Of a DNA stretch of 64,000 nucleotides, positions 49,922-58,417 are shown one piece after another. The position numbers were made by a program, and so were the translations under genes. Under the pieces are notes generated by a model. That model ran no database searches. It saw nothing but the letters and a program-made list of their open reading frames with translations, and had not been told where the DNA came from. Source of the DNA: a virus; the IMG/VR virus record IMGVR_UViG_3300024350_000006; one strand, 5' to 3'. How positions within the stretch are numbered: the first letter of the stretch is position 1; every line of letters begins with the position of its first letter.

Positions 49922-50615
49922 TAACACAGATAGGCCCTTGATATTTCTTGGGTCTAACAGTGTTATGGAAAAATATACCGAGCTCTGCGAAGAGCTTGGT
50001 ATTGTAGTAGCTGGTCTGTTAGATAATGATTACTGGGGTAATACCGCCGAGCTTGGTGGAGTCAAGGTCCTTGACACAGAAAAAAACATTGATCAGTACT
50101 TAAATAATTATAATTTTTTCTGTGCCACTAACTGGAACCCTATTGATGATCCCATAATGGTGAGAAACAGACAAAAAAGACAGTATCTAATAGATTTGGT
50201 AAGACAAAAAAACATACAATGTATAAGCCTAGTAGATCCCACTGCTAGAATTTCCAAATATAGTAGACTGGGCAATGGGTGTTTCATTGATTGTCACGTT
50301 ATGGTTGAAAGTGGCAGTATAGTGGGCGACTTTACTAATATCTATGGACAGGTACAAGTGGGCCATAATACCACCATTGGTGAAAACTGTGTGCTGCAAC
50401 GAGCAGTAGGACTAGCCTCAGCTCAGATCTTAGAAAATGATGTCTATCTAAGTTCCGGAGTTAAAGCCCTTAAGCCTGGTGTCAAGATCAGTCAGGGAAC
50501 TTTTGTACACGAACTCGTCTACTTAGCTCGAGGCACAGTGTCCAATGAAGTAGTACAGTTTGGCACCAACAATACCAAAAGAGTTGAACGACCTTACAAT
50601 AGTGTATTAGGATAA
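49893..50615 (+). CDS. left-handed beta-helix acyltransferase (PglD/NeuD-like)
   Basis: LVDPTARIS..LGNGCFI...VGHNTTIGENC hexapeptide repeats. Confidence 0.75.
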   Translation: MNKQDSNHINNTDRPLIFLGSNSVMEKYTELCEELGIVVAGLLDNDYWGNTAELGGVKVLDTEKNIDQYLNNYNFFCATNWNPIDDPIMVRNRQKRQYLIDLVRQKNIQCISLVDPTARISKYSRLGNGCFIDCHVMVESGSIVGDFTNIYGQVQVGHNTTIGENCVLQRAVGLASAQILENDVYLSSGVKALKPGVKISQGTFVHELVYLARGTVSNEVVQFGTNNTKRVERPYNSVLG

Positions 50616-50636
50616 TGTTATAAACAAGAGGAAATT

Positions 50637-50882
50637 ATGAAAGAACAAATTAAGCAAGAAGTCAAACAAATCTTGGCCAAGCAGTTTGGTAAAACACTAG
50701 ATGAAATTTCCGATGATCTGGATCTAGAAACTCTAGGCGCAGACAGTCTAGACACAGTGGAAATTGTAATGGAACTAGAACATCATTTTCAAATCGTTAT
50801 TGAAGAAGATGAATACGAAGGCAAGTCTTCACTGACCAGCATTGTAGACCTTGTCTGCAAAAAGAAAAATCTTGAGTCCTAA
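50637..50882 (+). CDS. acyl carrier protein
   Basis: LGADSLDTVEIVMELE phosphopantetheine site. Confidence 0.9.
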   Translation: MKEQIKQEVKQILAKQFGKTLDEISDDLDLETLGADSLDTVEIVMELEHHFQIVIEEDEYEGKSSLTSIVDLVCKKKNLES

Positions 50883-52392
50883 AAAGTATCAGGTCGTTCT
50901 GTTTACAGATTTTACTGACGAGGTTTTAACTGTTAAAGCTCTAGGTGCCTATAAAATAGCCAGCGCACTACGCGAACAGGGGTATAGTTGTCTAGTAGTT
51001 GATAAACTTAGTCAGTGGACTCTTGAAGAGATTACTTCACTTGTCAACCTTGCAGTGGGACAAGAAACACTGTTTGTGGGCTTTAGCACGACTTTTCTAA
51101 AAAATTTAGACAGGATAGACAACCTATTTTTTGGTTATGCGCCTAATCTCAGTATTTTCCCACAGGGTAAGGATTTTGAAAATAGCGTAATTAAAGAAAT
51201 ACACAAGCTTAGTCCTGATTGTAAAATTTTACTGGGTGGCCACAAAATTAATCAGGACTGCGCCAACAAGAATGTCAACATAGTGGTAAGAGGTCTAGCT
51301 GAACAGGCCATTATGGATGTTGCTAACAGCCTTAGTAACAAAACTGAGATTCCCAATAGTTATAGGAATATTCACGGTGTAACGGTGGTACATCGCGATC
51401 AGGAAAAAACCTATGATTTTGCCAACAGTGCAATGCACTGGCAGGCTAGTGATATTTTAAACTATCGTGTACTGCCTTTTGAGCCAGCTCGTGGTTGTAT
51501 TTTTAATTGCAGATTTTGTAGTTTCCCACAACGTGGCAAAAAAACTCTAGACTACGTACTAACAGAAGAAATAATCTATAATGAGTTACAGAGCAATTAT
51601 GACAGATTTGGTATTACTACCTATCAGTTACTAGATGATACGTTTAATGACAGCGATCACAAACTTGATAGAATGTTATCAGTGGTTAAGCAGTTAAGCT
51701 TTCAGCCAGTATTCTGGTCCTACAACAGACTGGATCTGCTAGCTACCAAGCCCGAGCGCATTAAAAAATTATTTGATATTGGCCTAAGGGCCACTAGCTT
51801 TGGTATAGAAACTCTGAAAAAAGAGACTGGACTGGTAGTAGGTAAAGGCTTTGATGCTGCTAGACAGATACAGACTGTCAAGGATATTAAAAAAACCTAC
51901 GGCAATAATCTCTTGATGCACGGACTGTTTATAATAGGTCTACCACACGAAACTCTAGAAGAAGTGCAGCATACATTTGACTTAATAGATAGTGGTGAGT
52001 TTCCCTTACACTCGGCTTATTTCGAAGCATTGATGATAGCCAAGCCTAACCAGTATTTTTTACAGAGCGATTTTGACAAAAAATGGCCTGAGTATGGATA
52101 CAGAGATCTAGGTAGTGAGGGTCAGGGCATACTCAACTGGGCTAACGATCATATGAACTTTGACCAGGCTAGAGAAAAGAAAACAGAACTAGTGACTAGG
52201 TTGCAGCAAAGCAGTCGTTACCATATCCCTGGGCAAACCGCCTGGGCTCTAATGAACTATAATAATTTTACGCTGGACAGAGTGCAAAATTTAAAAAACA
52301 TAGAAATAGACTGGCAGGAAGTCAAGGACAGCAAACAGGCTTTTGTAACAGAATACAAGCAGAAAATGCTTGCTTTTTTAGCAACTAATTAG
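50851..52392 (+). CDS. B12-binding-domain radical SAM protein
   Basis: ILLGG, RGCIFNCRFC, DDTFND, FGIET, IGLPHET; start uncertain. Confidence 0.85.
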   Translation: MSAKRKILSPKKYQVVLFTDFTDEVLTVKALGAYKIASALREQGYSCLVVDKLSQWTLEEITSLVNLAVGQETLFVGFSTTFLKNLDRIDNLFFGYAPNLSIFPQGKDFENSVIKEIHKLSPDCKILLGGHKINQDCANKNVNIVVRGLAEQAIMDVANSLSNKTEIPNSYRNIHGVTVVHRDQEKTYDFANSAMHWQASDILNYRVLPFEPARGCIFNCRFCSFPQRGKKTLDYVLTEEIIYNELQSNYDRFGITTYQLLDDTFNDSDHKLDRMLSVVKQLSFQPVFWSYNRLDLLATKPERIKKLFDIGLRATSFGIETLKKETGLVVGKGFDAARQIQTVKDIKKTYGNNLLMHGLFIIGLPHETLEEVQHTFDLIDSGEFPLHSAYFEALMIAKPNQYFLQSDFDKKWPEYGYRDLGSEGQGILNWANDHMNFDQAREKKTELVTRLQQSSRYHIPGQTAWALMNYNNFTLDRVQNLKNIEIDWQEVKDSKQAFVTEYKQKMLAFLATN

Positions 52393-52406
52393 CAAAATTA
52401 CAACAG

Positions 52407-52435
52407 TTGACATTAATGCACCAAATCGTTAAAAT
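52407..52435 (+). promoter_or_regulatory. early sigma70 promoter
   Basis: TTGACA-17-TAAAAT followed by AGCGGTATAGTAA. Confidence 0.8.
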
Positions 52436-52465
52436 AGCGGTATAGTAAACGATAAGGAGCAAGCA

Positions 52466-52708
52466 ATGTTAACAACTAAACAAGCACGTGAAATTGTTAA
52501 TAAACAAATTAAATATTTTCAGAGCTGGACGGATAAAAGTCGCGCTAGTGATGGTGAAGCGATGCGTAATGTTTGTTTTCACGTGGGCTACCTTACTAAA
52601 GAAAGTGATATTGCTAAAATTAAAAATAGTCTAGAGCTTGCTGGGCATACTGGCAAGACTAGGTTGATGGGTGGTTATCTGCGTTTAACCAACTTGGAAA
52701 TAAATTAA
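52466..52708 (+). CDS. small early protein
   Basis: AAGGAG RBS after the promoter. Confidence 0.65.
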   Translation: MLTTKQAREIVNKQIKYFQSWTDKSRASDGEAMRNVCFHVGYLTKESDIAKIKNSLELAGHTGKTRLMGGYLRLTNLEIN

Positions 52709-52720
52709 TTAAAAAAGTAG

Positions 52721-52749
52721 TTGACAGTAATTGCACTAGATGATATAAT
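52721..52749 (+). promoter_or_regulatory. consensus sigma70 promoter
   Basis: TTGACA-17-TATAAT. Confidence 0.9.
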
Positions 52750-52755
52750 ATAAGA

Positions 52756-52805
52756 CTGCACTAAACGATGCAGCCCAAGTAGTAGAAAAAAGTTCTATAA
52801 CAATT
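52756..52805 (+). promoter_or_regulatory. boxB/boxA-like antitermination signal
   Basis: CTGCA/TGCAG hairpin, then GTTCTATAACAATT. Confidence 0.5.
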
Positions 52806-52816
52806 AGTAAAACAAT

Positions 52817-52900
52817 GCCCTGGTGGTGGAATGGTAGACACGCTAGTCTTAGGAACTAGTATCGCAAGGTGTGGGAGTTCGAGTCTCCCCTGGGGCACCA
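52817..52900 (+). tRNA. tRNA-Leu(UAG)
   Basis: Long variable arm, CCA. Confidence 0.95.
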
Positions 52901-53125
52901 TATTAAAATATATTAGGTTACCTAGCCAGTAGGGGGCCTAGAAGAGGATAACCACTTGACGGAGTGGCTCTTGCTAGGTCTCACGAAACCTTGAGATAAT
53001 ATCAGGAGGACGCTGGAACAACTAGGAACGTAATGTGTGACACAGACAAATCCGTGGACGGCACGGTTGGGCAGAGTTCAAAGGCTGCGATCTCTGTGAA
53101 GCATCCTAATATATTTTAATATGGT
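52897..53125 (+). ncRNA. conserved-stem element C with 187-nt structured cargo
   Basis: Perfect 21-bp stem 52897-52917 with 53105-53125. Confidence 0.6.
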
Positions 53126-53127
53126 AC

Positions 53128-53291
53128 AAGACTGTTCATATAACACTGCAATGGGATATGACAGGCTGCGTAAGTGTATTGGCTGGCACAGAAGCCCCAG
53201 TAGCGGAGAGTTGAAGCACTTGCAGGTGTGGATGAGTTCCGTGACCGGGCGTCTAGGTTGGGTTCGAATCCCATCGCATTTGTTTGCACCA
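53128..53291 (+). ncRNA. tRNA-like RNA of unknown class
   Basis: TGGG-TTCGAAT-CCCA T-arm and ACCA end, but no cloverleaf. Confidence 0.45.
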
Positions 53292-53426
53292 TATTGAAGC
53301 ACATTTCTGTCATTGCCGTGCCAGCTTCACGGTGAGTACAAGAGTACGGAAGTAGCTACCCGACAGGTTGTACAAAGTTACAAGTGGGTTAATGACAGCC
53401 CCTTGGGAGTGTGTTTCAATATGGTG
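53287..53426 (+). ncRNA. conserved-stem element D
   Basis: CACCATATTGAAGCACATTT / GAGTGTGTTTCAATATGGTG. Confidence 0.6.
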
Positions 53427-53427
53427 G

Positions 53428-53456
53428 TTGACATTAAAAGAATTTAGCTGTAATAT
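53428..53456 (+). promoter_or_regulatory. sigma70 promoter of the giant RNA
   Basis: TTGACA-17-TAATAT. Confidence 0.75.
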
Positions 53457-53462
53457 AGATAC

Positions 53463-54347
53463 TTAGGGAGTTTAATCTCTTGTTAGGCGGTTCGCCGTCT
53501 AACTAAGGATAAGTGGCGTGAGTCACCCAAAGCAGAATCCTCCTACAGGACTGCGCCAGAGATGGTCCAGTTAAACAAGCCTGCTCACTACCGCGAGGTA
53601 GCGATCACTGATAAGACCGGTGGTTGTAACAATGAAGCTGGTGTAGTGGAAAGAACTTGTATCGACTAGCCCGCAAGGGAACTAGGGTGCAAGGAAAGTA
53701 ACAGGTGGTGCTGACTTCACTACAAAACCAACCAGTTAGTTGGTATGAGAAAGGGTAGTGCATTTGTCCAAGGTTTCGCAGCCAAGGGCTTGTGTGCAGT
53801 ATGAATGGTACTTGGGGCTGCTGTGAGGCGTCACAAGAATCGTGAAATACTACTGAGTAGCCGGCAGGCGAAAGGTACGTGGTGTGTTGTATCGTGTATT
53901 CCAAAAGAGTATGCGGCAACTGGAGCAGCACATCATAGTAGGTTGATATAGCTCATTGGTAGAGCAACAGTCCTTTTAAACTGTAGGCAGTTGGTTCAAA
54001 TCCAACTATCATTAAACAAAAACGCAAAGACTGCTCCGGTTGTATGTGAAAAGCATCTAACACTTAGGGCGTAAGCTAACTAAGTTCAGTCTAACCCGCA
54101 AGGTGAAACTGATTTGTACTAGAAGATTCGTAGCTCGCAAGGCTTAATGGACCGCAAGTTCAACGGGTAATAAGGTACAGAGTAGCATACAATGACAAGA
54201 CTACTGCCTGTCTTTAAACGGCGATGCTGCAAGCAGACTGGATCACATAGCGATATGGATCTTGTGGATGTCGTGGAGAAGATTGGCTCGCAAGGCTGAC
54301 TATAATACCCGAGGTGCTTGTAGTTAAGATGTAATCTCAGTCTTAAC
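53463..54347 (+). ncRNA. GOLLD-like giant structured RNA
   Basis: About 885 nt with no credible ORF; many GNRA (GCAA, GCGA, GAAA) hairpins; AGGTGGTGCTG, GAGTAG and terminal GTAATCTCAG segments recalled from GOLLD; tRNA-array context. Confidence 0.7.
53942..54014 (+). tRNA. tRNA-like (Lys-like) domain embedded in the giant RNA
   Basis: D arm GCTC/GAGC, ACAGT/ACTGT stem with 8-nt loop CCTTTTAA, T arm; no CCA. Confidence 0.7.
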
Positions 54348-54438
54348 ACTTTCTAAAACACATTGTAGTGGATTTCACAAGTATGAGTCGCATTCTAAAG
54401 AGTGCCCTTGAGATTGGATATAGTGTGTTTCAGAAAGT
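54348..54438 (+). ncRNA. conserved-stem element E
   Basis: ACTTTCTAAAACACATTGTA / TATAGTGTGTTTCAGAAAGT. Confidence 0.55.
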
Positions 54439-54440
54439 CA

Positions 54441-54631
54441 AGAATCCGGTTACTACTTTCCTAAAAGTAGCGTATGGCACACGACAAGGCCCGGTGGCTA
54501 GGGCACCGTTAGCGTTACTAGAGACAGACGACCTAGCAGCGTGGACACTTCGTCGGCCGTCTGCCAAACAGTGTTCGGACAGGGTAACAACTCCAGGATA
54601 GGGGCGACCGTGGAAAAGCGTGGCCTAACCA
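54441..54631 (+). ncRNA. unrecognised structured RNA related to 45279..45476
   Basis: Shared GGAC.G.GTAACA..C.CAG...GGGG motif. Confidence 0.45.
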
Positions 54632-54632
54632 A

Positions 54633-54791
54633 TATATTAGCAAGTGTTATCGATGAAACATTGGGTATCGTAAACTGATCATTTACTATGCGGGCCTAAC
54701 TGGCGTGGAACAGGTCCTGACATAACCAGCCATACGCTCTGGAACGGAAGCACCGGACTCCTAAATTGGCACGATAGCACTTACTAATATA
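54633..54791 (+). ncRNA. long-stem element F (divergent arms)
   Basis: 20-bp stem 54633-54652 with 54772-54791, one mismatch. Confidence 0.5.
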
Positions 54792-54803
54792 ATACTAATA
54801 TAA

Positions 54804-54878
54804 GGTTCCATAGTATATCGGTTAGTACACCGCCCTGTCACGGCAGAAGGAGGGGTTCGACTCCCCTTGGGACCGCCA
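54804..54878 (+). tRNA. tRNA-Asp(GUC)
   Basis: G73, CCA. Confidence 0.92.
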
Positions 54879-54953
54879 AGTTTCTCTACACTACATCTAA
54901 GCCTTGATAGGTAGGGGAAGGCAGGTGGCTTAGGCTTGCCGAGAGTTTTTATT

Positions 54954-55030
54954 GCACCGTTAGACATCTGGTTGAGGTCACCACCCTTTCAAGGTGGCTA
55001 GAGCGGGTTCGAATCCCCTACGGTGTACCA
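54954..55030 (+). tRNA. tRNA-Glu(UUC)
   Basis: Cloverleaf, CCA. Confidence 0.9.
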
Positions 55031-55141
55031 AGATGCACAGTGTCGCTTTACGCTGTGGCAGGACGGCCTCTGTATCCTAGGACTCAAGCCTCTCAGACTG
55101 CAACTAGAGTTCTCGCAAAAGAACATAGCAAGATTTAGATT

Positions 55142-55228
55142 GGGTGCTTAGTCCCGTAATGGTATCGGGGGCAGACTGTAAATCTGTTGTCTTTGGCCTT
55201 CTCTGTTCGAATCGGAGAGCACCCACCA
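55142..55228 (+). tRNA. tRNA-Tyr(GUA)
   Basis: Long variable region, CCA. Confidence 0.88.
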
Positions 55229-55244
55229 AGTTAAGAAAGTAGAT

Positions 55245-55448
55245 ATGTATAAAGTATATTGGACCTACGGTGATGAAACCTACGGTCAAGAATTTGAAGA
55301 TATGACAGAAGCACTTAATTATTGTCAGCATCTTAGAAGTACTGGTAGAAAGTATGTTACTATGTGCAGCGAGCTTGCTGATATGGTTGGCGAGTTTGGT
55401 GTAACGGAAACTGGACCTGGTTATGATTGGAAAAAACGTAGAGATTAA
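55245..55448 (+). CDS. hypothetical protein
   Basis: ORF fills the inter-tRNA gap. Confidence 0.6.
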   Translation: MYKVYWTYGDETYGQEFEDMTEALNYCQHLRSTGRKYVTMCSELADMVGEFGVTETGPGYDWKKRRD

Positions 55449-55449
55449 T

Positions 55450-55527
55450 CCGTCCTTAGCTCAGTAGGATTAGAGCATCAGGCTACGAACTTGAAGGTCG
55501 GGGGTTCGACTCCCTCAGGACGGTCCA
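55450..55527 (+). tRNA. tRNA-Arg(ACG)
   Basis: Cloverleaf, CCA. Confidence 0.93.
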
Positions 55528-55538
55528 AAAATAATTAA

Positions 55539-55784
55539 ATGGATTTAATAAAAAACATTTCAGAGAAAGCCAAGGAGTCAGTGCCCAAGGGAGTACTGGC
55601 TCCTGACCTTTGGATAGAACATTATAATAAAATATTTGCTAGGTTAGTTGTACAGGAATGTCTAGACATTTTAAATGAACACATTCGGGAAGACAGTAAA
55701 GAAGAGAGGGATATATACTTAAAAAGTTTTAGACAGGATCTAAAACAACATTTTGGTCTAGGGAGAAATCAAGACAATGAATAG
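55539..55784 (+). CDS. hypothetical protein
   Basis: FARLVVQEC, similar to the next ORF. Confidence 0.55.
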   Translation: MDLIKNISEKAKESVPKGVLAPDLWIEHYNKIFARLVVQECLDILNEHIREDSKEERDIYLKSFRQDLKQHFGLGRNQDNE

Positions 55785-56073
55785 CAATCTATTGGACGAC
55801 CTTATGTATCAAGCAGGTATGACTGCTCAGGGTTGCTGGGACAATCTTGACGATTATGATAAAGAGGCCATACTGAGATTGGCTAAATTAATAGTGCAAG
55901 AGTGTGTAAAATCTTGCGGTAGCCAGGCAGACAAGGCTAACATCTTAAAAACTTTTGGCCTGCCTGTGGAATCCAATGTTAAATATATTAGTCCTGAAGC
56001 ATCAGGTAGTGTGGACTCTCAATATAGAAGAAGATATAACCTAGCACCCACTCAGGGAGTAAATAATGACTAA
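55777..56073 (+). CDS. hypothetical protein
   Basis: LAKLIVQEC. Confidence 0.55.
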   Translation: MNSNLLDDLMYQAGMTAQGCWDNLDDYDKEAILRLAKLIVQECVKSCGSQADKANILKTFGLPVESNVKYISPEASGSVDSQYRRRYNLAPTQGVNND

Positions 56074-56214
56074 GAAAAAAGTCAAAACTGATACTGAACT
56101 AGATAAAAAATGTAATGCAGCAATAAAAAGAGTTAATAAACATATAGATACACTTGTTGCACGACATTTAAAAGAGATGGGACTTGTCGTAACTGATACT
56201 AAAAAAATAATTTA

Positions 56215-57267
56215 ATGAAACCCAGTCATTTTTATTTCGACGATAAAATATTAGAACGCGAACAATTACTTTTTAAACAGGCAAGATATCTAGGACACGA
56301 ACTATCTGTCAATAACTATCGCACACTTCCACAGGACAATAGTGGTAGAGTGTTAGTTAAAAACAACAACGGTATAGAGTGTATAGAAAATGTCTGCCGC
56401 CACCGCCAAGCAGTAATGCTAACAGGCAGTGGAGAAACATCAAACATTATTTGTCCATTACACGGCTGGACCTACAATCTAGAAGGCGAACTTGTTGGCG
56501 CCCCACATTTTGATCCTTGCCCTAATAGACCACTAAGAAAATTTAGCACACAGAGCTGGAACGGTCTATTTTTTGAATCAGGTAAGTTTAACATTGTTCG
56601 AGATCTTATTGGTATGAGAGCTGGTAAGTATTTTGATTTTAACAATTACCAGTACCATAGCACTCAGGAACATCATTGTGATTACAACTGGAAGACCTTT
56701 ATAGAAGTCTACCTAGACGATTATCACGTGGTACCTTTCCATCCTGGCCTTGGTAATTTTGTAGATTGTAATAAACTAGACTGGCAGTTTGGTGACTGGT
56801 ATAGTGTGCAGACTGTGGGAGTTCATAATGAATTGCGCACTCCCGGTACACCAGTTTATCGTCGCTGGCACGATGTATTAATGAATTATCGTAAGGGACA
56901 AATACCTGAATTTGGGGCAATATGGCTGACCATCTATCCTAATGTAATGGTGGAATGGTATCCTGAAGTTTTAGTAATTTCTAGTCTGTGGCCGGAAACA
57001 CCACAGCGCACAAAAAATATTGTTGAATTTTATTATCCCGAGGATATAGCTTTATTTGAACCTGAGTTTGTTCAAGCTCATCAGGCTGCCTATATGGAAA
57101 CCTGTTATGAAGATGATGAAATAGCAAGGCGTATGGATCAGGGTAGATGTCATCTTAATAACAATAATTATAGTGATTACGGACCTGTACACAATCCTAT
57201 GGAACTAGGTCTAGAATATTTTTACAAGTATTACAACAATTATGTTTTTGGTTTATTTGGCGAATAA
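56215..57267 (+). CDS. Rieske non-haem iron oxygenase alpha subunit
   Basis: NVCRHR...CPLHGWTY; NWKTFIEVYLDDYHVVPFH; EDD. Confidence 0.92.
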   Translation: MKPSHFYFDDKILEREQLLFKQARYLGHELSVNNYRTLPQDNSGRVLVKNNNGIECIENVCRHRQAVMLTGSGETSNIICPLHGWTYNLEGELVGAPHFDPCPNRPLRKFSTQSWNGLFFESGKFNIVRDLIGMRAGKYFDFNNYQYHSTQEHHCDYNWKTFIEVYLDDYHVVPFHPGLGNFVDCNKLDWQFGDWYSVQTVGVHNELRTPGTPVYRRWHDVLMNYRKGQIPEFGAIWLTIYPNVMVEWYPEVLVISSLWPETPQRTKNIVEFYYPEDIALFEPEFVQAHQAAYMETCYEDDEIARRMDQGRCHLNNNNYSDYGPVHNPMELGLEYFYKYYNNYVFGLFGE

Positions 57268-57307
57268 CAATTCGACTTAATAAACTTTTAGTAGTAAAAT
57301 GTTATAT

Positions 57308-57383
57308 GGGAAGTTAGCTCAGTTGGTAGAGCGTCTGCTTTACACGCAGAATGTCGGCGGTTCGATCCCGTCACTTCCTACCA
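57308..57383 (+). tRNA. tRNA-Val(UAC)
   Basis: Canonical. Confidence 0.95.
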
Positions 57384-57390
57384 ATTTTAT

Positions 57391-57466
57391 TCCAGCGTAG
57401 CTCAGTGGTAGTAGCAGTTGACTGTTAATCAATTGGTCGTTGGTTCGATCCCAACCGCTGGAGCCA
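57391..57466 (+). tRNA. tRNA-Asn(GUU)
   Basis: Canonical. Confidence 0.93.
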
Positions 57467-57485
57467 ATTTTATAAGGGGAAAGTA

Positions 57486-57695
57486 ATGCTAATAACGGAA
57501 GCTCAGGGTTATAAACTCTATTGTGAAGTCACGCCAGTGGATTTTCCCCCGGCACTTTTTAGAGTGCATATTTTTACTAAGTTCGACTGGGCCAAGGACC
57601 CCGAGGCCATACAGACCAAGATGGAACTGTTTTTTGATGAGGCTGAACTGGAAGCTTTTAGAACCGCTTTGAGCGTACCACGCCTAGATCAGTAA
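57486..57695 (+). CDS. hypothetical protein
   Basis: AAGGGG RBS. Confidence 0.55.
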   Translation: MLITEAQGYKLYCEVTPVDFPPALFRVHIFTKFDWAKDPEAIQTKMELFFDEAELEAFRTALSVPRLDQ

Positions 57696-57714
57696 TTCCC
57701 TGTTAAATACAGGT

Positions 57715-57963
57715 ATGAAAGACCTGTTAAAGAATTTACCTCAAATATTAAGTGCTCTTCCCGAAATAGTTAAGTATTTAAAATATATACCTATTTTAAT
57801 GTTACTAGCGGGCATAGGCTATGGGGTATTGTATTATATGGACAATCACAAAGATCCCTACAAATGTGTCAATAACCACGTTTTTGAACAGTTAAGAATA
57901 GACAGTGATGTCTATGTGTTCAAGGGCGGTACTTGCATTGATGCCAAGGACCTAGAACAATGA
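57715..57963 (+). CDS. small membrane protein
   Basis: One TM segment; TAAATA upstream. Confidence 0.55.
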   Translation: MKDLLKNLPQILSALPEIVKYLKYIPILMLLAGIGYGVLYYMDNHKDPYKCVNNHVFEQLRIDSDVYVFKGGTCIDAKDLEQ

Positions 57964-58244
57964 TAGTTTACCGTGTGCCTAGTTCTTTACTAACTGACTA
58001 TGCTCAAGTTGGCCAACATCAACAAGTGTTAGCCAAGTATAAAAGACAAGATGCTGAATTACAAAATTACAACGAACTTGTCAAGCTTATTTCTATGCAG
58101 GAAGGTCTTAGGTTATTAAGAAATTACAATTATATGAAGGACACTGAATTTTTAACTCAGTATGCCTATGCCGAAAGCATCAAGGAACAACGACTAGTAC
58201 AAAGAGCTGCTAGTGTTGGTCTCTATATAGACAGATACATATAA
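57960..58244 (+). CDS. hypothetical protein
   Basis: ATGA-coupled ORF. Confidence 0.5.
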   Translation: MIVYRVPSSLLTDYAQVGQHQQVLAKYKRQDAELQNYNELVKLISMQEGLRLLRNYNYMKDTEFLTQYAYAESIKEQRLVQRAASVGLYIDRYI

Positions 58245-58249
58245 TATTA

Positions 58250-58417
58250 TCGCGTGTGAGGAAGTCGCCTTTACTGACGGCGTACAGTAGGATAAATTGT
58301 CAGTAGTCTACAGACCCCGTCTTAGCAGTCTCGGACGATAAACGAGACTGCATATTGAAGCACATTGCGATGCCGTTCCGCGGCGGCGACCACAACGAGA
58401 GTAGTGTGTTTCAATAT
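58250..58417 (+). ncRNA. hairpin cluster plus conserved-stem element G (58352-58417)
   Basis: ATATTGAAGCACATTGC / GTAGTGTGTTTCAATAT; GCAGTCTCG/CGAGACTGC hairpin. Confidence 0.55.

Noticed and set aside
53141-53210. Twister-ribozyme resemblance (TAACACTGC)
   Set aside because: Could not build P1, P4 or the pseudoknots.
53128-53291. tmRNA
   Set aside because: Too short, no G3:U70 acceptor, no tag ORF.
41945-58417. Conserved stems as CRISPR repeats or MITE ends
   Set aside because: They are inverted and dispersed rather than direct and regularly spaced; no cas or transposase gene, no evident target duplications, and strand-specific G:U pairs.
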